Source of the DNA: Laetmonice hystrix
Lineage: Eukaryota
Length of the DNA: 64,000 nucleotides
Reading direction: 5' to 3'
NCBI GenBank assembly: GCA_965235115.1
Contig: OZ249441.1
Span: 5,146,001-5,210,000 of the forward strand
The position numbers were made by a program, and so were the translations under genes. This document shows positions 37,814 to 50,700 of the stretch, piece after piece; position 1 is the first letter of the stretch, and the number at the start of each line of letters is the position of its first letter. Below the pieces are notes generated by a model. It had not been told where the DNA came from, made no database searches, and saw only the letters and a list, made by a program, of their open reading frames with translations.

Positions 37814-40644
37814 GTAAGGATCTAAATTTTTCTAAACTGCCAAAGTGTAGTCGATTCGTAATAAATGGAACCTACCCTTTATGTCTAGAAGTACTATTTA
37901 AGTTATTTCTTTTCTTAGAGTGGAGGCAAACATTAGAATTGTTGCACTATTTTGCGCACAATGTAACCTTGTTTCAGTAGATGAGTCAATGGCAATGGGC
38001 TACGGTAATGGGAATTTTTGCATGCGGAGTTCACTCAGTTTCAGTGTAGCTCTATTGTACCATGGTACTGTCACCAGTGTAGGCCTGTGGTACTTATAGC
38101 TTGGTACACCCTGCACCCACTCACATCAGTCACGTTCGTTCCATCAAATAAAATTTTAAAGCTAATGTCACAAATTTTGAATTTGGTCATTGATTTCACT
38201 TTGTAAAGTTTGTTTTGTCATTTTCGTACCTCTGGAGTCTGGGGCCCGTTTCACTAACTTGACTAAGATTGGCCATCGCCAATTTCGGGGAATGTAATTC
38301 TTGCCAAATCTGGCAACCATAGCGATGATTCCTTCAGACCGTTTCACTAACAGCGTCGCCAGCTAACGTCACAATTATGTATCTATTTAATTTTGTCATT
38401 GCCACTTGTAGAGACTAAAAGTCCTCGCTGCCACAGAGCTAGCGATGCCAAGCCATTTTTAAAACCTTTGAAGTTAAAAAATCTGTTGATGTCATTGTAA
38501 TCCGTGACATCTGGGAATGACAAATGTTTTTGGATTTTGTCTCTGGGACGATTATTAAGCGAAATATACTCAATTTTGTCTCTAAAGAATGTGACGCTCA
38601 AAATGGCTATTTTTCTAAAACCAGGAAAAATGTGACCCTATTAGTTTTTAAGGTGAAAATTTTTGAAAACTTGGCAAATTATACATGAAAATGATTCTCT
38701 GGGTGTTGGTGATGTCGACTAAATATACAAAATGATGAAAAAGTGTATATTCTGGCCCATTTTGGTCGCATAAATGATGGTTTTTAACCCTTTATTATAC
38801 AACTGACATTCTGTTACCAACATATATGATGTACTTGTCACATTATATTTACACAGAACCATTTATTTGCTGTGTGTTTAGTGATGTAATTTTGTAGGAA
38901 GAAATAAAAACAAGAGTCTGTCTAATTGTAGCTTCTCTTATGATTTTTATACACGTTTTTTTTCCATATTTTCTTCATCTGAGGGTGTGGCGGCTGTAGA
39001 GTGAACGAAGTCTATATCATCTGGATGTTGAGCTACAAGTACATAAATGTAACAAAAATTAAAATTAAATAAACATATTATAGTCATATTAATCCATTAA
39101 CAGGCACACAATTGAAACATATAGCATCCATTGTGATTGGCTAGCACCAAATGAAATTTAACATAGCGATATAAGGCAAATAAGTGACATATAATATCAA
39201 TATGGGCTGCTTATCGAGGCAAACAAGTGAAAGAAAAATTTAAAAGAGAACCTAAAACTAGTACAGACAATAAATAGACCTGCATGATTATTCTGTCATT
39301 CACCATGATACTTGATAGAACAGTTGCATTGACACTACTACTAGTAGATCTAGTGTAGGCCTAGTAGTGGTACTACCAAGGGCAAGAATAACGGATAACC
39401 CTATCAATCAGGTCTAGGCTACTGATTAATATATATACTGATTAACTTGAAAAATGACTAAATTTGGATACCCATTTTGATCTGGATGCATATTATGGTG
39501 TATTTCTTGAAAACAGTCACAGCATACTTTAGAAACGTCTATTCCCTTCCACCCCGACTTGTCAACAGACCTGCCTGGGTGGGCGATAATAAGAGAACCC
39601 ATGGGCGCGGCCATGACACCCGCACATGGAAAGCATCGAAGTCAACTTTATGATCGTCATTTAAACATTGATTACGCCAGTTTACCACCGAAATAGTGCT
39701 ATTATCTGAAAGTATACATTCAATATTATTGTGTAATCACCAAGAAATGAGCGTATATTACTTACGTCGATAGATGCCGTCCTTATGAAAACTTCACCTA
39801 ATCTTTTCCTTGTCGCCCGGCGGGAGACTGGAGCTGTCATGCCCATATACGCGACCTTTAAAGTTTTCTCTTTCGTTCCAGTTAGTTTTTCTGTCAATCC
39901 TACCTAAATGTTTGGCACTGTAAGCCGTAATATATCCCCTGTATTTACGGGTCAGGTTTTCGGCAGTCTTCCATTTTAGGTTGCGCGCGCCACCTAGCGA
40001 GCTTTGGCATCGCTAACAGAGCCTCGTTGTGGTTGACAAACACTGACGTCAAAATGGCGTAAACAAACTCAGGTCAAAACTACGAAATTCTACGCCTGTA
40101 AAATTAAATAACTACAGGTTTGTTAGGTTATTCCTTGCAAGAAATGCGCTTGATTAATCATTTCAAGAATGCAGCCATGTAAAAGAGTGAAAGTTTCTGT
40201 ATGCAAGTGGGATTTTGATCACATTCGACGACGGTGGGAGGTGCTCCGACATCTCGTCAGCAAAATCGCCAATTTGGCGAGAATATTTAGAGAGAATTCT
40301 TAGTGAAACACCTCCCGTCCCCTAGATCGCCAGATTGGCGACCGTGTTGGCGATATTGGCGAAAATCAGCGTTAGTGAAACGCTTCCATGGCATTGCTCT
40401 GTTCCTCTGCCACTACACAGTGTTGGTGGTCACACAAATGGTCACACTCTCAGTCTCACACTCTTAGTCACCATCACAGTTGGCCTATACTGGGCCTGGC
40501 TATAGTGCTGCCAACTGTCTGGTGTGAGTCTGGCGAAGTGTGAGTTAATATAAATGTAATGTAGATCTACACCATAATTTTCTGCGTGGTACAACCCACA
40601 CTTTTTTCTCCTCAAATTAATCATGAATCGGGGTGCAGATTATA

Positions 40645-41080
40645 CAGGGGTAGATTTCGTGCATGATTTTTTAGGAGTCAGCAGGACTCCCAAGTTGCAA
40701 AATTTAGGAGTCTGCCCAAAAATGTGGGAGTCCACTTGCCTATAGGGATTAGAACGCGACTGGATGTAAAAAGAACTGAGCAATTACAGGGTGTTATGTC
40801 ATAATAGTTTGGCATAAACACTGGAAGTAATCAAGCCACTACGGCAGGGAGGGGGAGGGGGCTGGGTGAAACATGTTGTCAGTCTTGTGACCCCTGCTGA
40901 GTAGCAGATATTCGGTTCACAGAGACTGGGCGATCGTGACCCTGTCCTGGGTTAAAATCTGCATCAATCTGTGTGTAAATATCTGGGAGACAACCGGACT
41001 CATGGTCAGGTGGCTACCAGGAGTCCGTCTTGATTTTTGGGAGTCTCGGACTCATGGACTCCTGTTGAAATCGACCCCTG
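40645..41080. mobile_element. 436-bp non-autonomous hAT-like element, 5-bp TSD
   Basis: TIR CAGGGGT(A/C)GATTTC; TTATA at 40640-40644 and 41081-41085; many subterminal GGAGTC/GACTCC motifs. Confidence 0.78.
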
Positions 41081-41388
41081 TTATACATGGACATAAGTGT
41101 CTGCATTGTGATGTACCAGTAGTATTTAATGTAAAGTAATGTTTTCAAACTTTCACTGTATCTGATTGCTGCTTTATTTGTGTTAGGTCAGTATGTTGAT
41201 GACTGAAATACTTAAATACATCATATACATGTAGATGCAAACGGCCTAAAATTTGATGAAAAGATATGCAAAGGCAATAATAATCTTCTGGCTATCTCCC
41301 ATGCTGCAATCTTTCTGGCGTAGCTATCTCTCTGGTATTTATATTTTATATTTTGTAACTTTTTTTTATTTCTATTCCTTGTTTACAG

Positions 41389-41762
41389 CATGTAAGGAAC
41401 TGAAAAGGAGGCAATTGCTAATGTGAAACTTACATTGGCTTTTCCCGCAACTGGGGAACTATCAAATGAGATAGCAAGCTGTAATTAAAGAAGGCCTCAA
41501 CATTACTTACGACAAAGAAATAAGCAAGCTCCTACACGTGTCCCAGCACACTCGAGATCAACAGCACACACTGCAGAGCTGAGGATCTGCTACGAGAACT
41601 TTCGAAATTGTGAGAACAGCACAGAAATACCATCTAGCGTGTGCCGATTCAAACAGAACCGACTAAAAGGCAAAAAGAATACAACTGCAGCCAACAACAG
41701 CACATCGCTCAACGCAACTAGAAACGTTCTTGCAAATAAGCCAAGTGAAACAAGTGTTGAAC
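41389..41762 (+). promoter_or_regulatory. CSDE1 5' UTR portion of the start-codon exon, containing three tiny uORFs
   Basis: Strong acceptor ...tccttgtttacag at 41387-41388. ATG-TAA at 41390-41395, ATG-TGA at 41421-41426, ATG-AGA-TAG at 41466-41474. Confidence 0.6.
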
Positions 41763-44700
41763 ATGGCAAGTCCTCAGTGGAAGGTTGGTTCAAGATGCTT
41801 TGTACTAAGTTTTACATTTAAACAGAAATTAAATCATTTAAATCGTTCTTAAAATATTATGGCAACTGTATATATATAGAATCCTTCTGTACTGCCTGTT
41901 ACATATTTGTTGCTTCCTTTGTGTAGAATTATCAGCCGCCTGTCCAAGACCCCGCAATTCTGGCTTTCCAACGTTCACCAACAAGCAACAACTATGTTGG
42001 CCCAGTGATATCACAAACCAATGGCAGCAACAATGGGGTAAACAACTCTATACGTGAGACGGGAGTCGTTGAGAAACTACTGCATTCCTATGGGTTTATT
42101 CAGTGCTGCGACCGTGATGCAAGGCTATTTTTTCACTTTAGTGAATACAATGGCAATATAGATACTATGAAGGTTGGCGGTAAGTCAGACATTATCTCTA
42201 ATGATGCCAGGCATTAGAAACCATCCAAAAACTAAGGCCAGAATTTTCCCATTCAGGGACCTGTATTACTGAGATCTGGTTATTATTGATATAATTTATT
42301 TGCATAAGATTCAATGACAGACCAGTGGTTATTAACTAGTGGCCTCCCATTTACTTCTAATGATATCGTAAAATAACCAGACAGTAATCAGATGGCTCCC
42401 TGAGCTCTGCATTTGTTTCCATCTTCAGGCATCTTGGCCCTGTCCTGTATTTGTCTTGTCCATTGTTTCTTTTAATCTATGGCACATATAATTATAAACA
42501 AGGCATGCACTGAAAAAGCTATTAACCCCGACCGATGAAGACGGGAAGATTTTTTCTGAGCAAAACTCTCTTTGATCTCCTTTTTCACTGTTTCTTGCAT
42601 TTTTTTGTTGATTTTAGATCCAGTGGAATTTCAGATGTCTTTTGACCGGAAAACTGGCAAGCCGATTGCATGTGCTGTGGTAAAAATTGAAGGCCAGGGA
42701 GTGTCGTTTGAGTTACTGAGCGAGGAGAAGGTGACTGGCACTGTTGCTCAGGAGGCCAAGTCCATCAACAAGCGCAATGTGAGTCTAAAAACTGTCCTTT
42801 TTGTCTTTTTAAATTGGGAATGAGTGTGTGAGTTAACTCTGAGAAAAAAACATTAATCGATGATATTACAGGCAAAATGACGATCAGAGTATAGGACTGA
42901 AAGTGAAGAGTGAAGCACAGTTTTTTTGAGGTACTATAAGATGTATGAGTTTGGTTGACTTTTCCCATTCTAGAGCTTGACGGGAGCACAGGATGGGCTT
43001 GGCAGGGTTACTTACGAGCAAAAAGGGGAGTGCTTTTTCTTGCCATTCAGCATTGATGATGTTGACGATGGTACAAGACTCAAGACCGGAGACCAGGTCA
43101 CCTTCTTCATCGCCACAGACAAAAGGTAACCTGCTCACTTCATCCTGAGGCCAGACCAGTCTGTCTGAAATCTTTTTGTGTGTGTAAAGTAATATGTTTT
43201 TAAATTAAATTGTTTGTTTTGGCTTCTACAAGGAATGGCAACATTCGGGCTCGTAAGGTACGCCTCCTGAACCCTCAGCCTCAAGAACACTACCAAGGCG
43301 TGGTATGCTCCATGAAGGATACCTTTGGATTCATTGAACGCTCAGATGTTGTCAAGGAAATCTTCTTCCACTACAGCGAGTACCAAAGTGACATCAATGA
43401 GTTGCTGCTCGGTGATGATGTTGACTTCTGTGTCCAGATCAGGAATGTAAGCAGTGCTCAGTCAGTATGTAGTTTTTTCTATTGCTCAGGTCTTTTATTC
43501 CTTTCTCATCCTGGGTTTGTAAAGAATTCACCTTGAGACTAGTGATTTTCTTGATGATCATTATGGTGGGATGTTCCAGGGTAAGGAAGTGGCCACAAAT
43601 ATACGACGTCTGCCAGAGGGAACAGTCATCTTTGAAGATGTTGGGATCGATCGGCGTCGTGGGAAAGTTATGAAAACATTACGAACCCCGCACGGTAGAA
43701 GACAGAGCGATCCCCTGGCTGGCAAAATTGTCTATGAAACCCTGAATGGGTGAGTTGTGTGGATGATAGAATGCGAGTGTGTTCCAACTACACTTAACAC
43801 ATTTGTATTTTGTAGATGTTAAACTAGCACAGGTTTATATAGTGCTGAAATCGATCCGGCTGAATTATGAGGCCACTAACCCATATAGACAAACCCTGGT
43901 TGTATAAAAATTACAAGGGAATTTTCTCAAGTGCACAGGTCAAATCAGTGGAACTTTTATTCAGTTAGAGTTAGAGAAGACATGGATGAGAAGATGGGGG
44001 TTGACCACTACTAACCTTCCAACCTATCATAGTGTGAATGCAGTTTCAGGCCTTCCAGCTTATAGTGCACACAAAGGCTTGGTTAAAAGGCATGAACAAA
44101 ATGCATGTCTGTGTGCCAGCTGATCCTGTGAATCTGTACAGAGGTCAAGTTTCAAAAGTGGCTTGGAATCCAGCACACTCTTTGTTTGACCTGATTTTGA
44201 TGCAATTACTTAAAGTTAAAAGATGAACCTCCCATTTGGGTTGAAGAAGTTGGAGGTTCACTGCAAATTGATGTTCGGTTGTTCTGGTTATTGTGTAAAA
44301 TTTTAACTCAGAAAAGTCTCGGCTCTGGACTATTTTGCAAACGGGTGACCCCAGTAGTATGAAACTAAAAAGGTAGTGTGTGATTTTTGACCTAATCATA
44401 GAATTATAAAAGTTATTGCATACTTTTCGGAATGCCGAAGGTTTTCTCCGTCCTGGACTGTTAGAGATAATCTGTCCCATGGCATGTTACATTTACATCA
44501 CTGATTGATGTGCAACCTCTAACATCAGTCAGGGCCTTTAGGCTTCAGTTTGAAGCCTGTTCTCTACAAGAGGGTCGGTTTCACTTACAGTGTATCTCGT
44601 CAAAATGACAGGATAAGGCAGGATTGGACAAATTATTTTATGAGTCACTGGTCCAGGACCAGTAACTCAGAATATTTATTGGTCCTGCTCTTGGGTCCAC

Positions 44701-47700
44701 TGGTCCAAAACTCCACAATTTCATGGAGTGTTTATGGAAATGCTAAGATTGTCATCATTGCCATTACAGGCCACAGACCTCCATTATCCTTGGAGGATGG
44801 AGGTTTGTGACCTGCTACATGCCTCGCACTAGGTCCTGACAGATACCACCTGTCAATGACACTAGGTTTAACCAAGACTGGGCAAGAGTCCATCGGACTA
44901 CCATTGATATATTTTCACAAGTCCGAAGCAATAATAGGCAGGTCCCGGATCCTGGGCTAGTGGATTTGCCCAACCCTGTTAGGTTGAGGGCTTAAGGTCT
45001 GAAGGGTAACATTTTGGGAGGACTCAAATCATGCTTCTTTTTATAGCTTACTCTGAATGAAATGGGCCATTCTATTCATATCAATTAAATTAAATCCAGA
45101 CAAATTAAGTGGACTCTTGAGTTTGCTATGAATCTATGTACAGCTCGCAGTGGGTGAATGGGTGTAGAAATTGGATCTGAAGGAGTCATTTGGTATGGGT
45201 GAAGATGGGTGTCTCAACTTTGGGTGGGCATGAAATGGTGTAGGATGATTAGGATAAATTCGAATTTGTATGGGACCCCTTAGGCTCAGATTTATCTGAA
45301 TTCGTCTAAGACTCTGGAGTTTGTGAATTAGTGGAGGACCATCAAAATTATGTCAGTTGTTGTAGGACTCCCAAGGTCAGTGAATTGTAGAAAGAATCCC
45401 ATTATAGTCGTAGAGCATAGAGGCATTGGACTTCGAGTTTGTGAATTGGTGAAGGACCCCTGAGGCCAGTGTGAATTGGTGTAGAACTCCTGGGTCCAGT
45501 TTTTTTGTTTACTTTTCCACCATGAGCAAGGGTGAGCTGAGCTGAGCACGGGTGAGCAGAAGCTCATGCTCACCGTTTGGCTCACTGTTTTCGTTTTTTG
45601 GTGTTATTCCGCGAGCTTGCTCACCATAAGCATGCCTCATGGAAAAAAGCAACCCATAAAAACACGAAAACGATGAGAATGAGCTCATGCTCACCCTTGC
45701 TCAGCTCAGCTCACCCTTGCTCACGGTGGAAAAGTAAAAAACGGGCCCATGGGCTGAGTTTATGGGAATTGGTACAGGATTCCCAAGGTGAGTGAATTTG
45801 TGAAAGAAATCCCAAGCTTGGCATGAGTTGTTGTAGGACTCTACTTGAGGCCTGCATAAATTGTTCTTTACACACGTGAAACCGACCCCTCTACTTGCTC
45901 TTCAAGACAAAACAGTAAAATGACATGTGTGGTATGATCTTGTATGAGCGATGGGGCCTCCATCCTGTCCAGTTTGTGGGGGTAACCCAGATGTTTGACA
46001 TTGTAGGAGCTATTCGCGAAACGGTGAAGGAGTGAGGTCCTGCAGCAGGTAACTAAGTCACTTTCTGAAAGGCCACGCCTCTTGTCACTTGCTTTCATGT
46101 CTTCATACTTCTGTATTGTTCACTCTACTGTTAGACTCTCTATGTACTGTCAAAGCACTCTCTTAACTTTGGTGGAGGTTGGCTTTCTTACTTTCTCATT
46201 ATGCATAGCAGCATTCTCATTGTACAGTGTTTTTCTGAGTATTTCAAACCTTTAGTTACAATATGTTAGAGAACACCCATGCTGGAGCTATGCTGGATCT
46301 TCGGGGACCTTCCTATAAACACATTAACCATGTTTGTGGCCATCATACGGTGTCACTTTGGTTTTGGCTAAATACATTGCCTTTTACCGTATTTTTTAGG
46401 TCAAAAATACTCTTATCCAAACCCCAGCCTGTGCCCACTATTGCCGGTTCTCAATTTGAAATCAGTTAATCAGTTTTAGGGGGAATTCTGTATCGTGGGA
46501 AGGTGATGTGGAATTCTAAGATTAGGGACCCATGTTCCTTCTAAGTTGTATGTGTGGGAATATTTTATCTGTGCACGATGTAGCAGAGGCTTTGGCTCGG
46601 GTGTAATTGATCTACCAAGCAACCCCTTACATAAATTCCTGGATAGCGGTCTTTCCAGTATACTTGATTACTCTGAGTTGAGGTCTTATAACACTGACTT
46701 TAACTCACACTGCTCCAGTGTAATGCTAGTCAGCGATTATTGGCTGAATTTCTCAGATGGTTAATTTGAAGAAATTAGAAATGTCAACTTTTAAATTTGC
46801 AGCAAGACCAAAAGCTTTAAAAATGTATCACTTTCAACAGCCATTATTTTTAGTTTTTTTAAGGAAAGTAGTTTTTGATTCTAATTAACATTACGTTAAG
46901 AAATGACTGACATTGTTTACAGTTATAAAATATCACTCTTACAGTATAAGATGTATATTAAGTCAAAATATGTGAAGTACTACTCATGTTTAAAGGGGCA
47001 CAATTGGAAGAATGACACTTTCGAACGGCTTTTGAATCTTTTGTGAAGCATTCTATAGTTAAATACAAAACATAAACATTGTCTTAGCTGAGAAATGGCA
47101 CAATTTCTAACGGGATTATTTCGGTGTACACCGAAATTCACTTTGGAAGCTGCCTGTGGCCAATCAATGCTATTTTCAAGGTAGGAATATTTATTTCGGA
47201 CCTGTTCACACTATCATTTATATAAGGAACGAGGCAAAGTCATTTTAAATATTGTGCCCCTTTAAGTAAAGGTTTCCAGTATACACTCGACACTCATACA
47301 AAAAAAAACGTGCAACAAGGCTATTCAGTACCATAATTAAATTCACCAGTTTTGAATAGTACTGAGATTTAATTATCCAAGGAACCTGCTCCCTGCATGA
47401 TTTTACAATTACATCAACATCACCAATTTTTTTCATTAATAAATTGTTAATTTCGGTAATCCAGATGTCCATAGTGACAAGGCTGTTTGAAAATGTTCCC
47501 AGAAATCGGATTTCAGAAATATTGACCCAAGGAACACCAAACTGCTTTCTAACCTAGCACATGACCTAGATACAAAAGATGAAATTATGTCATTCTTTTT
47601 CTAATGTGATGAGGGTAATGACCAGCAAAAGTCAAAAGATTTACCAGCTCAATAAATATTTTAGCCTCATTTCATGATCATAGGTACAGTTTAACAGTAA

Positions 47701-50700
47701 AAGAAAAGTTGCCAGTGTTTGGAAATGTATAAACCTTGTAATTGACATGAACAACAAACTGTGTACAAACAGAACTAACTTAAATAGTTATCTATGATGT
47801 GGTGAAGATATACAGTGATTATGTGCATGTATTCTATTGATGTTGTGTCAACATTTGGATAAAGGTGCATCTATTTATGTGTCACCATCACTGATGGCAA
47901 CCTACTGGATGTCCTGCTGAGATGGATCACTCTGCTGGTGGTATAGAACTTGATGCAGCTTTAGCCTAGACCATGGTTTTCTGAATGTTGTACACTATAA
48001 ATGTCCTGATATTATTGCTGAATCTTTCATGTCACCGATGACCACTGGTTCTTGGTGTAACTAGAAATAACTGTTTTACTACGTCATGTGATGTATTATT
48101 TCACATTGACCTGTTTTTATGAGCTTACTGAGGCTGTGTTCTTGGTGTATTAAGCCCCATAGAGATTCCATATGGAGATAAGGACCAGAAGGGAGACTAC
48201 ACTCTGAATGTTGGTGATATCGTCGAGTTTAACATTGCAACTGACCGTCGTGACAAGCTCCAGCGTGCGACTAACATTGTCCTCATCGAGGACACATTCA
48301 AGGTGAGCGGAGAGAAGAGGGAGAGTGGAGTTATCGCAGCTGTCAAGGATGGCTTCGGCTTCATCAACTGCGCTGAGCGCGATGCTCGCATGTTCTTTCA
48401 CTTCAGTGAGATGATGAATACCGAAAAAGAAATCAAGCTAGGGGAAGAGGTGGCCTTTACTGTCATACAGGTAAAAATACTTTGAATGTACTTTGTGTTG
48501 TGTTAATGATTTCATGTACTCTCACAGACTGACACCCCGTATACTACATTACAGGGTGGCCCACTCTCGCCCACACCAAGTTACCCATGTCAACAGGCTA
48601 TTGATTATTGGACTAATGCAAATGGGAATTTTATTTAAAAAAAAAAATTAATCTGAATTGTACCTTGTTATATTTTATTAAAATTCCTCTTCTTTAGACT
48701 ACATTATATTGGTTTATACAGGGAGCATGCAGTATTAGCCTTCCGTAGATGAAGATCAAGAAATGTCTTGACTTGTAAATGTGTTCACTTTACAGGATCC
48801 AACATCCCCAACTAGGCAGATTGCTATTCGCATCAAGTATCTAACAAAAGGCAGTGTCAGTTTTGAGAATGTCCTGGGTACCAAATACACCGGGATAATA
48901 GAGAAGGAGCCGTCCAATCATAAAGGCCCAGGTGAGCAGACACGGACAGTTTATTCTAGGGCTCGACAATTTAAATAGTAAATAATTAACCAATTCTGAT
49001 TCAGTTCCGTTTAAACATTCCGGAAGCATTGTTTGACCCCTGACCTTGCCGCTGATTGGCTGTATTACCAGGCAAGGGGAAAGAAGCGAGCCCCGGTATC
49101 ATCATGTATGATGTGAGCGGCACGAAGCAAACGATCCCATACAGTGCCAAGGCCGTGTCTGGTTCAGCTGCCAAGTATGGAGACAAGGTATCAACAGTCT
49201 CTCTTTCTTTTTTTTCATTGCATTTCATGTTTTGTTTGATGGTTGAAGTACAAGATAAGATAGTATGATTTTAATGAGCTCTTTGGATGTTACATCGTTT
49301 GGATGTTACATCGTTTGGATGTTACATCGTTTGGATGTTACATCGTTTGGATGTTACATCGTTTGGATGTTACATCGTTTGGATGTTACATCGTTTGGAT
49401 GTTACATCGTTTGGATGTTACATTGTTTATATCGTTTGGATGTTATATCGTTTGGATGTTACATCGTTTATATCGTTTGGATGTTATATCGTTTGGATGT
49501 TACATTGTTTATATCGTTTGGATGTTATATCGTTTGGATGTTACATTGTTTATATCGTTTGGATGTTATATCGTTTGGATGTTATATCGTTTGGATGTTA
49601 TATGATATCATTTGGATGTTATATCATTTGGATGTTATATCGTTTGGATGTTACATCATTTGGATGTTACATCGTTTGGATGTTATATCGTTTGGATGTT
49701 ATATCGTTTGGATGTTATATGATATCGTTTGGATGTTATATGATATCGTTTGGATGTTATATCGTTTGGATGTTATATCGTTTGGGTGTTCTATTGTTTG
49801 GGTGTTATATCGTTTGGATGTTACATCGTTTATATCGTTTGGATGTTACATCGTTTATATTGTTTGGATGTTATATCATTTGGATGTTATATCGTTGGGA
49901 TGTTATATCGTTTTTGCAGGTTGAATTCCAGATCTGTGAGTCAAAGCGGAACAACACCAAGACTGCTGTTAGCGTTCGGTTGGTAAGCCGTAACACTTCC
50001 AACAAGCAGTTCGGCTACATAGCTACACTCAAAGATAACTTTGGCTTCATCGAGACAGCTGAACACGATAAGGAAGTCTTCTTCCACTTCAGGTAAGCAG
50101 TGGTTTATTAGTCAAAATTATTGAATGTGTACAAACCCGACCAGTGTAATAGACGCCTATGAATATGTACTGAATTAGTTTATATTATTTTCATCTACGT
50201 TGTTGAATGAGACATTGGTTATTCTTAGAGATTTGTTGATTGATTTATTCTCATTCATGTGTTCCGCCCCTTTTTTGGCACCTTTGATATCCTGCCGTTA
50301 TGATTCTGTACACCTCCCTCATATTGTAGTGCCTTTGAAGGGGAGCCAGGAGATTTGGATTTAGCTGATGAGGTTGAGTTCACTTTGGCTCGTAAAACCA
50401 ACAAAGTCAGTGCAGAGAACATCCGTAAAGTTCCTAAAGGCACAGCGTCCCAAGAGGTGAGTGAATCATGTTTTGATACTCTTATTTTAGATTATTTGAA
50501 TCCCAGAAATATTTAAAGGGCATGAGATTCAATATGAAATTAGAAATGGTATGATATTATGTGACAAACACATGGTGGTGTCTAAGGAGAACTACATGAA
50601 CTGAAAGTGTTAAGTACACATCAGGATTGGTTTGTAAATATAGGCCAGTTTTATTCGTTTCTGCACACATCACTTGAAACCCCCATTGTCTTTTGTTGTC

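Noticed and set aside
49265-49919. 219- and 269-aa hydrophobic ORFs, one in frame with CSDE1 exon 10
   Set aside because: These are translations of the 16-bp repeat. Intron retention from exon 9 hits TGA at 49266-49268, so the repeat is not part of CSDE1.
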